A stretch of 64,000 nucleotides of DNA from an uncultured delta proteobacterium (GTDB lineage Bacteria; Desulfobacterota; Binatia; UBA9968): contig CAVSHR010000008.1 in NCBI GenBank assembly GCA_963727625.1, positions 288,001 through 352,000 of the forward strand, given 5' to 3'. Positions 50,050 to 64,000 of the stretch are shown here, one piece after another; position 1 is the first letter of the stretch, and each line of letters begins with the position of its first letter. The notes under the pieces were generated by a model, which saw only the letters and a program-made list of their open reading frames with translations, ran no database searches and was not told the origin of the DNA. The translations under genes were made by a program, and so were the position numbers.

Positions 50050-50820
50050 ATGGCCACGAAGCAAAATCTGATCTTTGGTGTCAATTCGGTTTTAGAAAAG
50101 CTCAGAGCGTCACCAGACGATGTTATTGAGATTCTGCTTTCGGATGTTTCCGATCGTGCGGCTTTGCGTCACATTAGTGAACAAGCCCTGCGCCAGCGCG
50201 TTCCTATTGTCGCCGCAAGTCCCAAGTTACTCGATCACCTAGTCGGAGGGCAAAGACACCAAGGCGTGGTGGCCCGAATCGAAGACTATCGCTATCTGCC
50301 ATTTGTGAACCTGCTGGAGCAGGTTGTAGCATCTTCGGGAGCGGAACGCATTTTGATGTTGGACGGCTTGACCGACCCGAGAAATTTTGGAGCGCTGTTA
50401 CGGACAGCGGATGGCGCGGGTGTACGCTACGTCGTGATTCCCAAGAACCGCTCCGTGGAAGCGAATGCAGTTGCCATCAAAGCTTCTGCGGGTGCGGCGC
50501 ACCATGTAAAAATCGCCAAGGTTACCAATCTTCACCGAGCGATTTTAGAGCTCAAGAAACTCGATTACTGGATTGTTGGACTGGAAGCGGGCGGCCAAGA
50601 ATCAATTTATGACCGAAGTTATCCCTCGCGGTTAGCGATCGTTCTTGGCAGCGAAGGAAAGGGCGTTCGGCCGGTAATCCTGCGGGAATGTGACTTCTTG
50701 GTATCAATTCCCATGCTCGGCAAGGTTGCTTCACTTAACGTCTCAGTGGCCGGGGCGGTGTTGCTCTACGAGTTGCTCCGGCAACGGCGCAGCGTTGACG
50801 TAAATGTGGCAAGAACTTAG
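50050..50820 (+). CDS. rlmB: 23S rRNA Gm2251 methyltransferase
   Basis: HQGVVA, DPRNFGALLRTA, GSEGKG, SLNVSVA. Confidence 0.92.
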   Translation: MATKQNLIFGVNSVLEKLRASPDDVIEILLSDVSDRAALRHISEQALRQRVPIVAASPKLLDHLVGGQRHQGVVARIEDYRYLPFVNLLEQVVASSGAERILMLDGLTDPRNFGALLRTADGAGVRYVVIPKNRSVEANAVAIKASAGAAHHVKIAKVTNLHRAILELKKLDYWIVGLEAGGQESIYDRSYPSRLAIVLGSEGKGVRPVILRECDFLVSIPMLGKVASLNVSVAGAVLLYELLRQRRSVDVNVART

Positions 50821-51072
50821 AGGGCAAATTGGGTAAATTGAAATTTGCGCGTCCTTAAGGCATTGAGCTGTTGACATAACTACGGGGAGGTGCTTTAAAT
50901 ACCCGTTTACTAAAGGGGAAAGGTGTCTCCGGGCCGTGGTACGTCAAGTCGGTACCGATGCGCCACTGGGGTTGATCGATAACTTGCCAGAAATGTTCTT
51001 CTTTTAAGTAGTTGACTTAAGGGCGAATTCGCAGCATTTACGCGACGCGAGAAGGGCCACGATGTCAACCAG

Positions 51073-51147
51073 GCTGGCGTAGCTCAACGGCAGAGCAGCT
51101 GATTTGTAATCAGCAGGTTGTAGGTTCAAGTCCTATCGCCAGCTCCA
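51073..51147 (+). tRNA. tRNA-Thr(TGT)
   Basis: GCTGA-TTTGTAA-TCAGC; CCA end. Confidence 0.95.
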
Positions 51148-51229
51148 GCCAGAAGAGTTCGATTGCTAGAGACCCGGTGCGATGCAGGCTTTTTAAAGGA
51201 AATGTTTTTAAGTGGGGGTGAAGAGAGAC

Positions 51230-51314
<85 letters not shown>

Positions 51315-51323
51315 TTTTTGATT

Positions 51324-51399
51324 GCGGGAATAGCTCAGTTGGTAGAGCGCAAGCCTTCCAAGCTTGGGGTCGCGGGTTCGAGTCCCGTTTCCCGCTCCA
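51324..51399 (+). tRNA. tRNA-Gly(TCC)
   Basis: CAAGC-CTTCCAA-GCTTG; CCA end. Confidence 0.95.
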
Positions 51400-51487
51400 A
51401 TTGCCTATGGCGGGTGGTAGATCACACATGGCCCAAAAAGCCCTAGGTGGAAAAATCGACCATGCGCCATAAGCCATCGACTGCTAG

Positions 51488-51560
51488 GCCCAGGTAGCTC
51501 AGTCGGTAGAGCACGTCCTTGGTAAGGACGAGGTCAGCGGTTCAATCCCGCTCCTGGGCT
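51488..51560 (+). tRNA. tRNA-Thr(GGT), CCA not encoded
   Basis: GTCC-TTGGTAA-GGAC anticodon arm; standard position before tuf. Confidence 0.92.
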
Positions 51561-51639
51561 TTGCCCGAACCTTGGTTCGAGAGCGCGCTAATTTTTACGG
51601 AAGAAGTTGATCGACTGGCAAATCAATCAGGAGGATGAG

Positions 51640-52830
51640 ATGAGCAAACAGAAGTTCGAGCGGAAAAAACCGCACCTTAACATCGGCACGATCGGTCACG
51701 TCGATCATGGTAAGACAACTCTGACTGCAGCGATTACGAAAGTTCTGGAAAAGTCGGGGAAGGCTAAATTCCTTGCCTACGACCAGATCGATAAGGCGCC
51801 CGAGGAGAGAGAGCGCGGCGTCACGATCAATATCGCCCATGTCGAGTATGAGACCGAGAAGCGTCATTATGCCCACGTCGATTGTCCCGGCCACGCGGAC
51901 TACGTAAAGAACATGATCACGGGTGCGGCGCAGATGGACGGCGCGATTCTAGTCGTTTCGGCCGCCGATGGACCGATGCCACAAACGCGCGAGCATATTC
52001 TGTTAGCGCGCCAAGTCGGAGTCCCGGCCATCGTGGTCTTCCTCAACAAGGCCGACATGGTCGATGATAAGGAGCTGCTCGAACTGGTTGAGTTGGAGGT
52101 GCGCGAACTTCTGTCCAAGTACAAATTCCCGGGCGACGATACGCCTATTATCATTGGCAGTGCATTGAAGGCGCTCGAAGGTGATACCTCAGAAATGGGC
52201 GAGGGCGCGATTTTGAAACTCATGGATGCGGTAGACTCCTTCGTTCAAGAACCGGTTCGCGATATCGACAAGCCTTTTATTATGCCGGTTGAGGATGTTT
52301 TCACTATCAGCGGCCGCGGCACGGTCGTGACTGGTCGTGTGGAGCGGGGTGTTGTCAAGGTTGGCGAGGAAATCGAGATTGTCGGCTTCAAGGCGACCCA
52401 GAAGACCGTTGCGACCGGCGTCGAAATGTTTCGCAAATTGCTCGACGAAGGTCAGGCCGGCGATAATATCGGCGTGCTGCTGCGCGGCACCAAGCGCGAG
52501 GATGTCGAGCGCGGCCAGGTTTTGGCCAAGCCAGGTAGCATTACTCCCCATACCAAATTTAACGCCGAAGCTTACGTTCTGACCAAAGAAGAGGGCGGGC
52601 GCCATACGCCGTTTTTTAACGGCTATCGGCCGCAGTTTTATTTTCGCACCACCGATGTTACCGGTGTCGTTAAATTGCCGGAAGGAACCGAGATGGTCAT
52701 GCCCGGTGATAATATCAATGTGGAGATCGAGTTGATCACTCCGGTTGCTATGGACGATGGACTGAAATTCGCTATTCGCGAGGGCGGGCGTACCGTCGGC
52801 GCGGGGGTTGTTACTAAAATTATTCAGTAG
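51640..52830 (+). CDS. tuf: Elongation factor Tu
   Basis: [18 protein letters not shown]. Confidence 0.99.
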   Translation: MSKQKFERKKPHLNIGTIGHVDHGKTTLTAAITKVLEKSGKAKFLAYDQIDKAPEERERGVTINIAHVEYETEKRHYAHVDCPGHADYVKNMITGAAQMDGAILVVSAADGPMPQTREHILLARQVGVPAIVVFLNKADMVDDKELLELVELEVRELLSKYKFPGDDTPIIIGSALKALEGDTSEMGEGAILKLMDAVDSFVQEPVRDIDKPFIMPVEDVFTISGRGTVVTGRVERGVVKVGEEIEIVGFKATQKTVATGVEMFRKLLDEGQAGDNIGVLLRGTKREDVERGQVLAKPGSITPHTKFNAEAYVLTKEEGGRHTPFFNGYRPQFYFRTTDVTGVVKLPEGTEMVMPGDNINVEIELITPVAMDDGLKFAIREGGRTVGAGVVTKIIQ

Positions 52831-52860
52831 GATAAGACCGGACTAGAAAGGTTGGGGGTT

Positions 52861-53013
52861 ATGCGGGAACTCGTAGGATTTGCTTGCGATAAGTGTAAGC
52901 GTAAAAATTACACGTCGACGAAGAACCGGAAATTAACGACCGAAAAATTATCGCTCAAAAAGTTTTGCTCATCTTGCCGGACCCATACCCTGCATCGTGA
53001 GGTAAAAGTCTAA
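52861..53013 (+). CDS. rpmG: 50S ribosomal protein L33 (Zn-binding C+ type); missing from the ORF track
   Basis: MRELVGFACDKCKRKNYTSTKNRK...KKFCSSCRTHTLHREVKV*. Confidence 0.95.
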   Translation: MRELVGFACDKCKRKNYTSTKNRKLTTEKLSLKKFCSSCRTHTLHREVKV

Positions 53014-53025
53014 AGGAGTTACAGC

Positions 53026-53102
53026 GGGTCAGTAGCTCCAATTGGTAGAGCGCCGGACTCCAAATCCGGTTGTTGCAGGTTCGAGTCCTGCCTGACCCGC
53101 CA
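53026..53102 (+). tRNA. tRNA-Trp(CCA)
   Basis: CCGGA-CTCCAAA-TCCGG; CCA end. Confidence 0.95.
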
Positions 53103-53124
53103 GTTTAACTCGTTGTGGTGTAGC

Positions 53125-53340
53125 ATGGGGGATTGGATTCAAAAACTTCAGGACGGTGTCCGTCATGGTACGGAGTTTATCCAGGAGGCTTGGCAGGAGC
53201 TAAAGAAAGTTTACTGGCCTTCGCGTAAGGAAACCTATGCGGCGACTTTCGTGGTGATCGTCGTGGTTTTATTGATTTCCGGGTATTTAGCATTGGTCGA
53301 TTTGGCTCTGACGAAAGCCATTCAGGCCATTATCGGTTGA
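53125..53340 (+). CDS. secE: Preprotein translocase subunit SecE
   Basis: ELKKVYWPSRKE plus a single TM. Confidence 0.93.
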   Translation: MGDWIQKLQDGVRHGTEFIQEAWQELKKVYWPSRKETYAATFVVIVVVLLISGYLALVDLALTKAIQAIIG

Positions 53341-53358
53341 TTTGGCGGGTTCTCCGTT

Positions 53359-53889
53359 ATGGCGAAACAGTGGTACATCGTTCACACCTTTTCGGGCTTT
53401 GAGCAGAAGGCCAAGGCCGCGCTCGAAGAGCGGGTCAAGGCGTTCGGCAAGCAGGATTTATTCGGCGAGATCCTCGTTCCGGTGGAAAAGGTCGTGGAGC
53501 TGGTCAAGGGCAAGAAAAAGACTTCTTCGCGGAAATTTTTTCCCGGTTATATTCTCGTTCAGATGGAGCTGAACGATGACACTTGGCACGTGGTCAAGGA
53601 AACTCCGAAGATCACCGGCTTTGTTGGAGGAAGCACCAATCCGCCCCCGGTGAGCGACGAGGAAGTCCGCGCGATCACTCAGCAGATGGAAGAGGGGGCG
53701 ATCAAGCCCAAGCCTCGGGTGTTGTTCTCCGTGGGTGAAAACGTGAAGGTGATCGACGGTCCGTTCGCCGATTTCAACGGCGTTGTCGAAGAGGTTAAGC
53801 CGGACAAGGGTAAACTGAGGGTGTTGATCAGTATCTTTGGAAGAGCCACCCCGGTGGAACTGGAGTTCGTCCAAGTGGAACGCAACTAA
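53359..53889 (+). CDS. nusG: Transcription factor NusG
   Basis: WYIVHTFSGFE, FFPGYILV, KOW domain. Confidence 0.98.
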   Translation: MAKQWYIVHTFSGFEQKAKAALEERVKAFGKQDLFGEILVPVEKVVELVKGKKKTSSRKFFPGYILVQMELNDDTWHVVKETPKITGFVGGSTNPPPVSDEEVRAITQQMEEGAIKPKPRVLFSVGENVKVIDGPFADFNGVVEEVKPDKGKLRVLISIFGRATPVELEFVQVERN

Positions 53890-53908
53890 ACCGAAGGATT
53901 AGAAAGCA

Positions 53909-54334
53909 ATGGCGAAGAAAGTCATCGGCGAAATCAAGCTGCAAATTCCCGCTGGGCAAGCTAATCCGAGCCCGCCCGTGGGCCCGGCACTTGGGCAGCG
54001 CGGCGTCAACATCATGGAGTTTTGCAAAGCTTTTAACGCTTCGACTCAAGCTCAACAGGGCATGATCACTCCGGTGATCATCACAGTTTACGCTGACCGG
54101 TCGTTCACCTTTGTAACCAAGACGCCGCCCGCTTCGGTCTTGCTCAAGAAGGCCGCCGGGTTGGAGAAGGGCTCTTCCGAACCAGGAAAAAACAGAGCCG
54201 GCAAGGTTAGCCGCGCGCAGATCCGGCAGATTGCTGAGTTGAAACTAAGGGATCTAACCGCAAAGGACATCGCGGCGGCGGAAAGATCGGTGGAGGGCAC
54301 GGCGCGTAGCTTGGGTCTAGACGTCGAAGGCTAG
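53909..54334 (+). CDS. rplK: 50S ribosomal protein L11
   Basis: [11 protein letters not shown]. Confidence 0.98.
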   Translation: MAKKVIGEIKLQIPAGQANPSPPVGPALGQRGVNIMEFCKAFNASTQAQQGMITPVIITVYADRSFTFVTKTPPASVLLKKAAGLEKGSSEPGKNRAGKVSRAQIRQIAELKLRDLTAKDIAAAERSVEGTARSLGLDVEG

Positions 54335-54405
54335 ATAATTTGATTAATCGTTTTGAGCGGCTCTTTAGGGAAAACTTTAGTCGGCTCCTGCTTAGAGGAA
54401 AAACC

Positions 54406-55104
54406 ATGAGTGGAAAGAGTTATCGTGAAGCGTTAGCGAAAGTGGATCGTAATCAACGCTATCTATTGGAAGACAGTCTCCGTTTGGCCAAGCAAACGGC
54501 GCGCACTAAATTCGATGAAACCGTTGAGATGTCGATTCGTTTGGGCGTGGATCCACGCCAGGCTGATCAGAATATCCGCGGCACTGTGACCTTGCCCCAC
54601 GGCATGGGCAAAACTGTGCGTGTGCTCGCCTTTGCCAAGGGTGAGAAGGAAAAAGAGGCGCAGGATGCCGGCGCGGATTTCGTCGGTAGCGATGATCTGA
54701 TTAAGAAAATTACCGATGGCTGGCTGGATTTTGATAAAGCCGTTGCTACGCCCGACATGATGGCCGCGGTCGGCCGCATCGGGAAAATTTTGGGACCGCG
54801 CGGCCTCATGCCCAACCCCAAAACCGGAACCGTTAGCCCGGATATCGGCAAAGCGGTGAAGGAGATCAAAGCTGGAAAATTGGAGTTTCGGGTAGACAAG
54901 GCGGGAATTGTCCACGTGCCTGTGGGCAAGGCTTCGTTCGGCCCCGAGCAGTTGATCGATAACGCCAAAGCAGTTCTTATGTCAGTTTTGCGTGCCAAAC
55001 CCGCATCGGCCAAGGGCAACTATGTCAAAGGTGTAACCGTGGCGACCACCATGGGGCCGGGCATCAAGATTGATTTGGCGCAAATCCGTGCGATGGCCGC
55101 CTAA
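54406..55104 (+). CDS. rplA: 50S ribosomal protein L1
   Basis: [21 protein letters not shown]. Confidence 0.98.
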   Translation: MSGKSYREALAKVDRNQRYLLEDSLRLAKQTARTKFDETVEMSIRLGVDPRQADQNIRGTVTLPHGMGKTVRVLAFAKGEKEKEAQDAGADFVGSDDLIKKITDGWLDFDKAVATPDMMAAVGRIGKILGPRGLMPNPKTGTVSPDIGKAVKEIKAGKLEFRVDKAGIVHVPVGKASFGPEQLIDNAKAVLMSVLRAKPASAKGNYVKGVTVATTMGPGIKIDLAQIRAMAA

Positions 55105-55159
55105 AAAAACAAGCTTCAGCAATTTGGAATGACGCCCCATCGGCGTCCGGGAGAAGGGA

Positions 55160-55702
55160 ATGTCGGAATTGGAAGTTGTCCGTGCCAGTCACGGTGAGAA
55201 GGCCGAAACGGTCGCCGCCATCCATCAGCGTTTAAAGTCAGCCAAAATGGCGATCGTTACGGAATACCGTGGGCTAACGGTAGCGCAGATGACTCGCTTG
55301 CGCCGGGAAATCCGCGACGTGTCGGGCGAGTATCAAGTGATAAAAAACACCTTGGTGCGCCGGGCGCTGCAAGACACCGCGTTCGGTGATCTGGAGAAGT
55401 TGCTCGAAGGACCGAACGGCTGGGTGTTCGCCTATGACGATCCAGTTGTGCTGTCGAAAGCGCTGATTAAATTCGCCAACGATAACGACAAGCTCGCGAT
55501 CAAGGGCGGTGTGTTTGAGGGAAGCTTCATGGACACTGCCGGTGTCAAGGTTTTGTCCCAGATGCCGAGCAAGCCCGAACTCCAGGCTAAACTGTTGGCG
55601 ACGATCAACGCGCCGGCTACACAGCTCGCACGTCTGATTCAGGAGCCCGGCGCACGGGTGGTGCGATTGCTCGAGTCTTTGCGGAAAACTAAATCTGAAT
55701 AG
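55160..55702 (+). CDS. rplJ: 50S ribosomal protein L10
   Basis: EYRGLTVAQMTRLRR, VIKNTL. Confidence 0.96.
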   Translation: MSELEVVRASHGEKAETVAAIHQRLKSAKMAIVTEYRGLTVAQMTRLRREIRDVSGEYQVIKNTLVRRALQDTAFGDLEKLLEGPNGWVFAYDDPVVLSKALIKFANDNDKLAIKGGVFEGSFMDTAGVKVLSQMPSKPELQAKLLATINAPATQLARLIQEPGARVVRLLESLRKTKSE

Positions 55703-55744
55703 ATTAAAAAGTTTGGCAGAAATTAGTAAAGGGGGAAGGTTTTT

Positions 55745-56122
55745 ATGGAAGGCGTATCGAAAGAGCAAGTAAAGGATTTCATCAAGAACATGAGCTTGAT
55801 GGACGCGGCCGCGCTGGTGAAGGAGCTTGAGGAAGAGTTGGGCGTGAGCGCGGCGGCGCCGGTTGCAGTCGCCGCGGCGACTGCGGGTCCGGCGGTGGCG
55901 GTGGAAGAGAAGACCGAATTCGATGTTATTCTGACCGAAGCTGGCGAGAAAAAGATTCAGGTCATTAAGGTCGTGCGTGAGCTGACCGGCCTGGGATTGA
56001 AAGAAGCTAAGGATCTCGTCGATGGCGCGCCGAAGGCGGTGAAGGAAGCGGTGCCGAAGGCCGAGGCGGAGACGATCAAGAAGAAACTTGAAGAGCAAGG
56101 CGCGAAGGTCGAAATCAAGTAG
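55745..56122 (+). CDS. rplL: 50S ribosomal protein L7/L12
   Basis: [19 protein letters not shown]. Confidence 0.98.
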   Translation: MEGVSKEQVKDFIKNMSLMDAAALVKELEEELGVSAAAPVAVAAATAGPAVAVEEKTEFDVILTEAGEKKIQVIKVVRELTGLGLKEAKDLVDGAPKAVKEAVPKAEAETIKKKLEEQGAKVEIK

Positions 56123-56192
56123 GTCGAGGACGGTGGTGAGTGGCTGCGGGTTTTGATGGATTGTTGACCGGAAGTTCGACAGGGGAGTACGC

Positions 56193-59100
56193 ATGGCGTT
56201 TCAAGTTGCCAATAATTTAAGATTTCGGCGCAGTTTCGGGAGGATCAGAAAGATTATCGATCTTCCCTACCTAATTGAAATCCAAAAGAACTCTTATGAC
56301 CTGTTTCTGCAAAAGGACGCGGCTCCGACAGAACGTCAGAACATGGGTTTGCAGGAAGTCTTTAGGTCGGTTTTCCCCATCAAGGATTTTAACGAAACCT
56401 CGTCCTTGGAATTTGTCAGTTATTCTCTCGGTGAACCCAAGTACGATGTCGATGAGTGTCATCAACGCGGTATGACCTATGCGGCGCCTCTCAAGGTGAC
56501 CGTGCAGCTCGTGCTCTGGGACGTCGATCCGCATACCGGGTCGCGCAGCATCAAGAACGTCAAGGAGCAGGAGGTCTATTTCGGCGAAATTCCGCTCATG
56601 ACAACCAACGGAACCTTCATGGTCAACGGGACTGAGCGTGTCATCGTCAGCCAATTACACCGCTCCCCCGGAGTGTTCTTCGAGCATGACAAGGGAAAAA
56701 CTCACGCCAGCGGCAAACTGCTCTATTCGGCGCGGGTGATTCCATACCGCGGCTCTTGGGTGGATCTTGAATTCGACCCGCGTGACATTCTCTACGTGCG
56801 CATCGACCGGCGGCGCAAATTTCACGCTACCGTGCTACTGCGCGCGCTCGGCATGACTACGGAAGATCTGCTCAACTATTATTACAAGAGCGACACGATT
56901 GTGTTCGATGGCCGCAAGCCGTCCCTGGTTTTCAATCCCGGTCAGCTTATGGGCGCGAAAGTCAGTGCGGACGTGCGCGACCCGAAAACCAACGATATCA
57001 TCGTCAAGGAAGGCAAGAAATTCACTCGGCCGATTTTGCGCCAGATGGAAGCGGCCAGGGTGAAGCAGGTGCCGATCGCCTGGGAAGACATTTCAGGGCG
57101 AGTGGCGGCCCATGATGTTCTCGATCCGCAGACCAAGGAAGTGCTCGTTGAGTGCAATCAGGAACTGACTCAGGACAAGCTCGATTTGATCCGTGAAAAA
57201 GGCATTCACCAAATCGAGGTGCTGTTCATCGACGAATCCAGTGTCGGCCCCTACTTGCGTAACACTCTGCTCCAAGACCGGATTCGTGCCCCCCAGGATG
57301 CGATCTTGGAAATTTACCGGCGCTTGCGGCCGGGCGACCCGCCCACCGTCGATTCGGCGACAAACTTTTTTAACAATTTGTTTTTCAACCCGGATCGCTA
57401 CGATCTCTCCAAGGTCGGCCGGCTTAAGCTCAATCACAGGCTCAAGCTTTCGGTGCCGCTCGAGCAGGGAACTTTGCGCAAGGAGGATATTCTCGAGGTC
57501 GTGCGCTATTTGATGGAGCTCAAAAGCGGAAATGGGTCGGTGGATGATATCGATCATCTCGGTAACCGCCGAGTGCGCGCCGTCGGCGAACTAGTGGAAA
57601 ATCATTTCCGTGTCGGCCTGGTGCGCATGGAGCGGGCGATCAAGGAAAAAATGAGCCTGCAGGACATCGAAACTTTGATGCCGCAGGAGCTGATCAATTA
57701 TAAACCGGTCTCCGCGGCGCTCAAGGAGTTTTTCGGTTCTAGCCAACTTTCACAGTTCATGGACCAGACCAACCCGCTTTCGGAAATCACCCATAAGCGC
57801 CGCTTATCAGCTCTCGGCCCTGGCGGTTTGACCCGGGAGCGCGCCGGCTTTGAGGTCCGCGACGTGCATCCGACGCATTACGGCCGGGTCTGCCCGATCG
57901 AGACCCCCGAAGGTCCGAATATCGGTTTGATCGCCTCGCTGACCACCTACGCGCGGGTCAATGATTTCGGTTTTATCGAGACGCCTTACCGTGAAGTGGA
58001 AAATGGCCGGGTGACGGATCGCATCCGTTATCTTTCCGCTCTAGAAGAGGAGGACCATGTCATCGCCCAGGCCAACGCGCCGATCGACGGCCGCGGCAAC
58101 TTCACACTTGATTTAATTTCGGCGCGCAAAGGTGGCGAGTTCGTCATGGCTCGTCCGGAAGAAGTTAATTTCATGGACGTGTCGCCGAACCAGTTGGTGA
58201 GCGTGGCCGCCTCGTTGATTCCCTTCTTGGAAAACGATGACGCGAACCGTGCGCTGATGGGCTCGAACATGCAGCGCCAGGCGGTACCTTTGCTCAGAAC
58301 CGAAGCGCCGTTCGTTGGCACCGGAATGGAAAAAACTGTGGCGCGGGATTCCGGCGTCACCATCGTTGCGCGACGCGACGGCGTGGTGGAAAGCGTGGAT
58401 TCTGCGCGCATCGTTATCAAGGCCGACAAAACATCCGGTGCGCGCGACACCGGCGTCGATATCTATAATTTGATTAAATATCAACGGTCGAACCAAAATA
58501 CCTGCATCAATCAGCGCCCGATCGTCGTGGTTGGCGATCAAGTAAAGGCCGGCGAAATCATTGCCGATGGTCCATCCACCGAAATGGGCGAACTTGCTCT
58601 GGGGCGCAACGTCGTGGTCGCTCTGATGCCCTGGGGTGGTTATAATTTCGAAGATTCGATTCTGATCAGCGAGCGGGTCGTGAAGGAGGATATTTATACC
58701 TCGATTCACATCGAAGAGTTCGAGTGCGTTTCGCGCGACACCAAGCTCGGCCCCGAGGAGATCACCCGCGATATTCCCAACGTCGGCGACGAAGCGCTAA
58801 CTGATCTCGATGAGAGCGGCATCATCCGTATCGGCGGCGAAGTCAAGCCCGGCGATATTCTCGTCGGCAAAATTACGCCCAAGGGCGAAACGCAATTGTC
58901 GCCGGAAGAGAAACTCCTGCGGGCGATCTTCGGCGAGAAAGCGGGTGAAGTGCGCGATACTTCGCTGCGGGTTCCGCCCGGCGTCGAGGGCACGGTCATC
59001 AACGTGCGGATTTTTTCTCGCAAGGGCTTGGGCAAGGACGATCGCAGCCGAACGATCGAAGAGGAAGAGATTGTCCGGCTCAGAAAAGATCAGCACGACG

Positions 59101-60296
59101 AGATCCGCATTTTACAGGATGGCGCGCTCAGGCGTTTAAAGAAGCTTTTGACGAGCCGCAGGTTGGCGGGCCGGATCACCGACGACAGCCGGAAGGTCTT
59201 ACTCAATAAGGGCCAAGAGTTGACCGAAGAAGACCTCGATCAGCTGCCGATGGCTTATTGGAGCGAAATTCGCGTTGATAATGAATCGGTGGAAAACGAG
59301 CTCGGCCGCATCATTGAGAGCACGACGAGCCAGGTTAGCCAGATTAAGCGTAGTTTCGAAGACAAGATCGAAAAACTCAAAGGCGGCGATGAGCTGCCGC
59401 CCGGCGTAATCAAGATGGTCAAAGTTTTTGTCGCGATCAAGCGCAAGCTGCAGGTCGGCGACAAGATGGCCGGGCGCCATGGCAACAAAGGCGTCATCTC
59501 GCGAATTCTTCCGGAAGAAGACATGCCTTATTTAGAGGATGGCTCACCGGTGGACGTGGTTCTCAATCCCCTTGGCGTGCCCTCGCGAATGAACGTCGGC
59601 CAGATTTTAGAAGCGCATCTTGGTTGGGCCGCGCGCAGCCTCGGTCAGCAAATTGATGAGATGTTGCGCACTCAAGCCGGCGACGGTGACGCTCTGCGGC
59701 GCCGCTTGAAAGAATATCTCAGCACTCGCGAAGCTAACGAATTGATCGATGGAGCCAAGGAGGCTGAAATCGTAAAACTCGCCGAGAAGTACCGCGAAGG
59801 CGTTCATATCGCGTCGCCGGTGTTCGACGGCGCCGCGGAAGAGGAGATTTTCAATCTATTCAAAAAAGCCGGATTGCCAGTCACAGGACAGGTGACTCTC
59901 TACGACGGGCAAACCGGTGAACCTTTCGACAGCAAGGTTACCGTGGGCGTCATGTACATCATGAAGCTGCATCACTTGGTCGATGACAAGATTCACGCAC
60001 GCTCGACGGGTCCTTATTCGTTGGTTACCCAGCAACCGCTTGGCGGTAAGGCGCAATTCGGCGGCCAGCGCTTGGGTGAAATGGAAGTTTGGGCCCTGGA
60101 AGCCTACGGCGCCGCTTACACGCTCCAGGAAATGCTTACTGTCAAATCCGACGACGTCGTCGGCAGAACGCGTATGTACGAGGCCATCGTCAAAGGGGAC
60201 AATTTGCTCGAGCCGGGTTTGCCGGAGTCCTTTAACGTTATGGTCAAAGAACTTCAGAGCCTGGGCCTGGATGTGGAGCTAGTCGAGGAAAAATAG
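56193..60296 (+). CDS. rpoB: RNA polymerase beta subunit
   Basis: [24 protein letters not shown]; full length. Confidence 0.99.
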   Translation: MAFQVANNLRFRRSFGRIRKIIDLPYLIEIQKNSYDLFLQKDAAPTERQNMGLQEVFRSVFPIKDFNETSSLEFVSYSLGEPKYDVDECHQRGMTYAAPLKVTVQLVLWDVDPHTGSRSIKNVKEQEVYFGEIPLMTTNGTFMVNGTERVIVSQLHRSPGVFFEHDKGKTHASGKLLYSARVIPYRGSWVDLEFDPRDILYVRIDRRRKFHATVLLRALGMTTEDLLNYYYKSDTIVFDGRKPSLVFNPGQLMGAKVSADVRDPKTNDIIVKEGKKFTRPILRQMEAARVKQVPIAWEDISGRVAAHDVLDPQTKEVLVECNQELTQDKLDLIREKGIHQIEVLFIDESSVGPYLRNTLLQDRIRAPQDAILEIYRRLRPGDPPTVDSATNFFNNLFFNPDRYDLSKVGRLKLNHRLKLSVPLEQGTLRKEDILEVVRYLMELKSGNGSVDDIDHLGNRRVRAVGELVENHFRVGLVRMERAIKEKMSLQDIETLMPQELINYKPVSAALKEFFGSSQLSQFMDQTNPLSEITHKRRLSALGPGGLTRERAGFEVRDVHPTHYGRVCPIETPEGPNIGLIASLTTYARVNDFGFIETPYREVENGRVTDRIRYLSALEEEDHVIAQANAPIDGRGNFTLDLISARKGGEFVMARPEEVNFMDVSPNQLVSVAASLIPFLENDDANRALMGSNMQRQAVPLLRTEAPFVGTGMEKTVARDSGVTIVARRDGVVESVDSARIVIKADKTSGARDTGVDIYNLIKYQRSNQNTCINQRPIVVVGDQVKAGEIIADGPSTEMGELALGRNVVVALMPWGGYNFEDSILISERVVKEDIYTSIHIEEFECVSRDTKLGPEEITRDIPNVGDEALTDLDESGIIRIGGEVKPGDILVGKITPKGETQLSPEEKLLRAIFGEKAGEVRDTSLRVPPGVEGTVINVRIFSRKGLGKDDRSRTIEEEEIVRLRKDQHDEIRILQDGALRRLKKLLTSRRLAGRITDDSRKVLLNKGQELTEEDLDQLPMAYWSEIRVDNESVENELGRIIESTTSQVSQIKRSFEDKIEKLKGGDELPPGVIKMVKVFVAIKRKLQVGDKMAGRHGNKGVISRILPEEDMPYLEDGSPVDVVLNPLGVPSRMNVGQILEAHLGWAARSLGQQIDEMLRTQAGDGDALRRRLKEYLSTREANELIDGAKEAEIVKLAEKYREGVHIASPVFDGAAEEEIFNLFKKAGLPVTGQVTLYDGQTGEPFDSKVTVGVMYIMKLHHLVDDKIHARSTGPYSLVTQQPLGGKAQFGGQRLGEMEVWALEAYGAAYTLQEMLTVKSDDVVGRTRMYEAIVKGDNLLEPGLPESFNVMVKELQSLGLDVELVEEK

Positions 60297-60341
60297 CTGG
60301 GCCAAGATGGGTTGTGCCGCTCAAACCGGAGGTGGTGCGTT

Positions 60342-64000
<3,659 letters not shown>

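Overview
GC-rich bacterial chromosome segment. Gene content and style suggest a Deltaproteobacteria-like lineage, possibly Binatia; this is inference only. The right half (~32.8-64 kb) is core: yggS/yggT, rph-rdgB, 12 tRNAs, tig-clpP-clpX-lon, rplM-rpsI, lptFG, rlmB and tuf-rpmG-secE-nusG-rplKAJL-rpoB-rpoC (rpoC runs off the end). The left half is accessory and has four main parts. (1) A likely DtxR-family-controlled metal/iron uptake operon: cytochrome c-Ftr1 permease, porin, FMN-binding protein, ApbE and a His-rich membrane protein. A tiny Com-like zinc-ribbon gene and a terminator with upstream repeats interrupt it, making a candidate undescribed RNA-antitermination switch. (2) Two selenoproteins that the ORF track splits at in-frame UGA codons, each followed by a SECIS-like hairpin: a deiodinase-like protein (FGSIT-U-PPF) and an orphan PrdB/GrdB-like reductase (U-P-F-C). 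(3) A defence island with a type III-like R-M pair, each gene broken by one in-frame stop, plus two toxin-antitoxin pairs. (4) A sigma-54 nitrogen regulon: glnK-amtB, glnA, an ANTAR regulator with a textbook two-hairpin antiterminator, and a porin. Eroded remnants lie in and around these modules: an Amt tail, a globin pseudogene, a cytochrome c/CobA chimera and a TctC tail. All family calls come from motif recognition by eye; no database searches were run.
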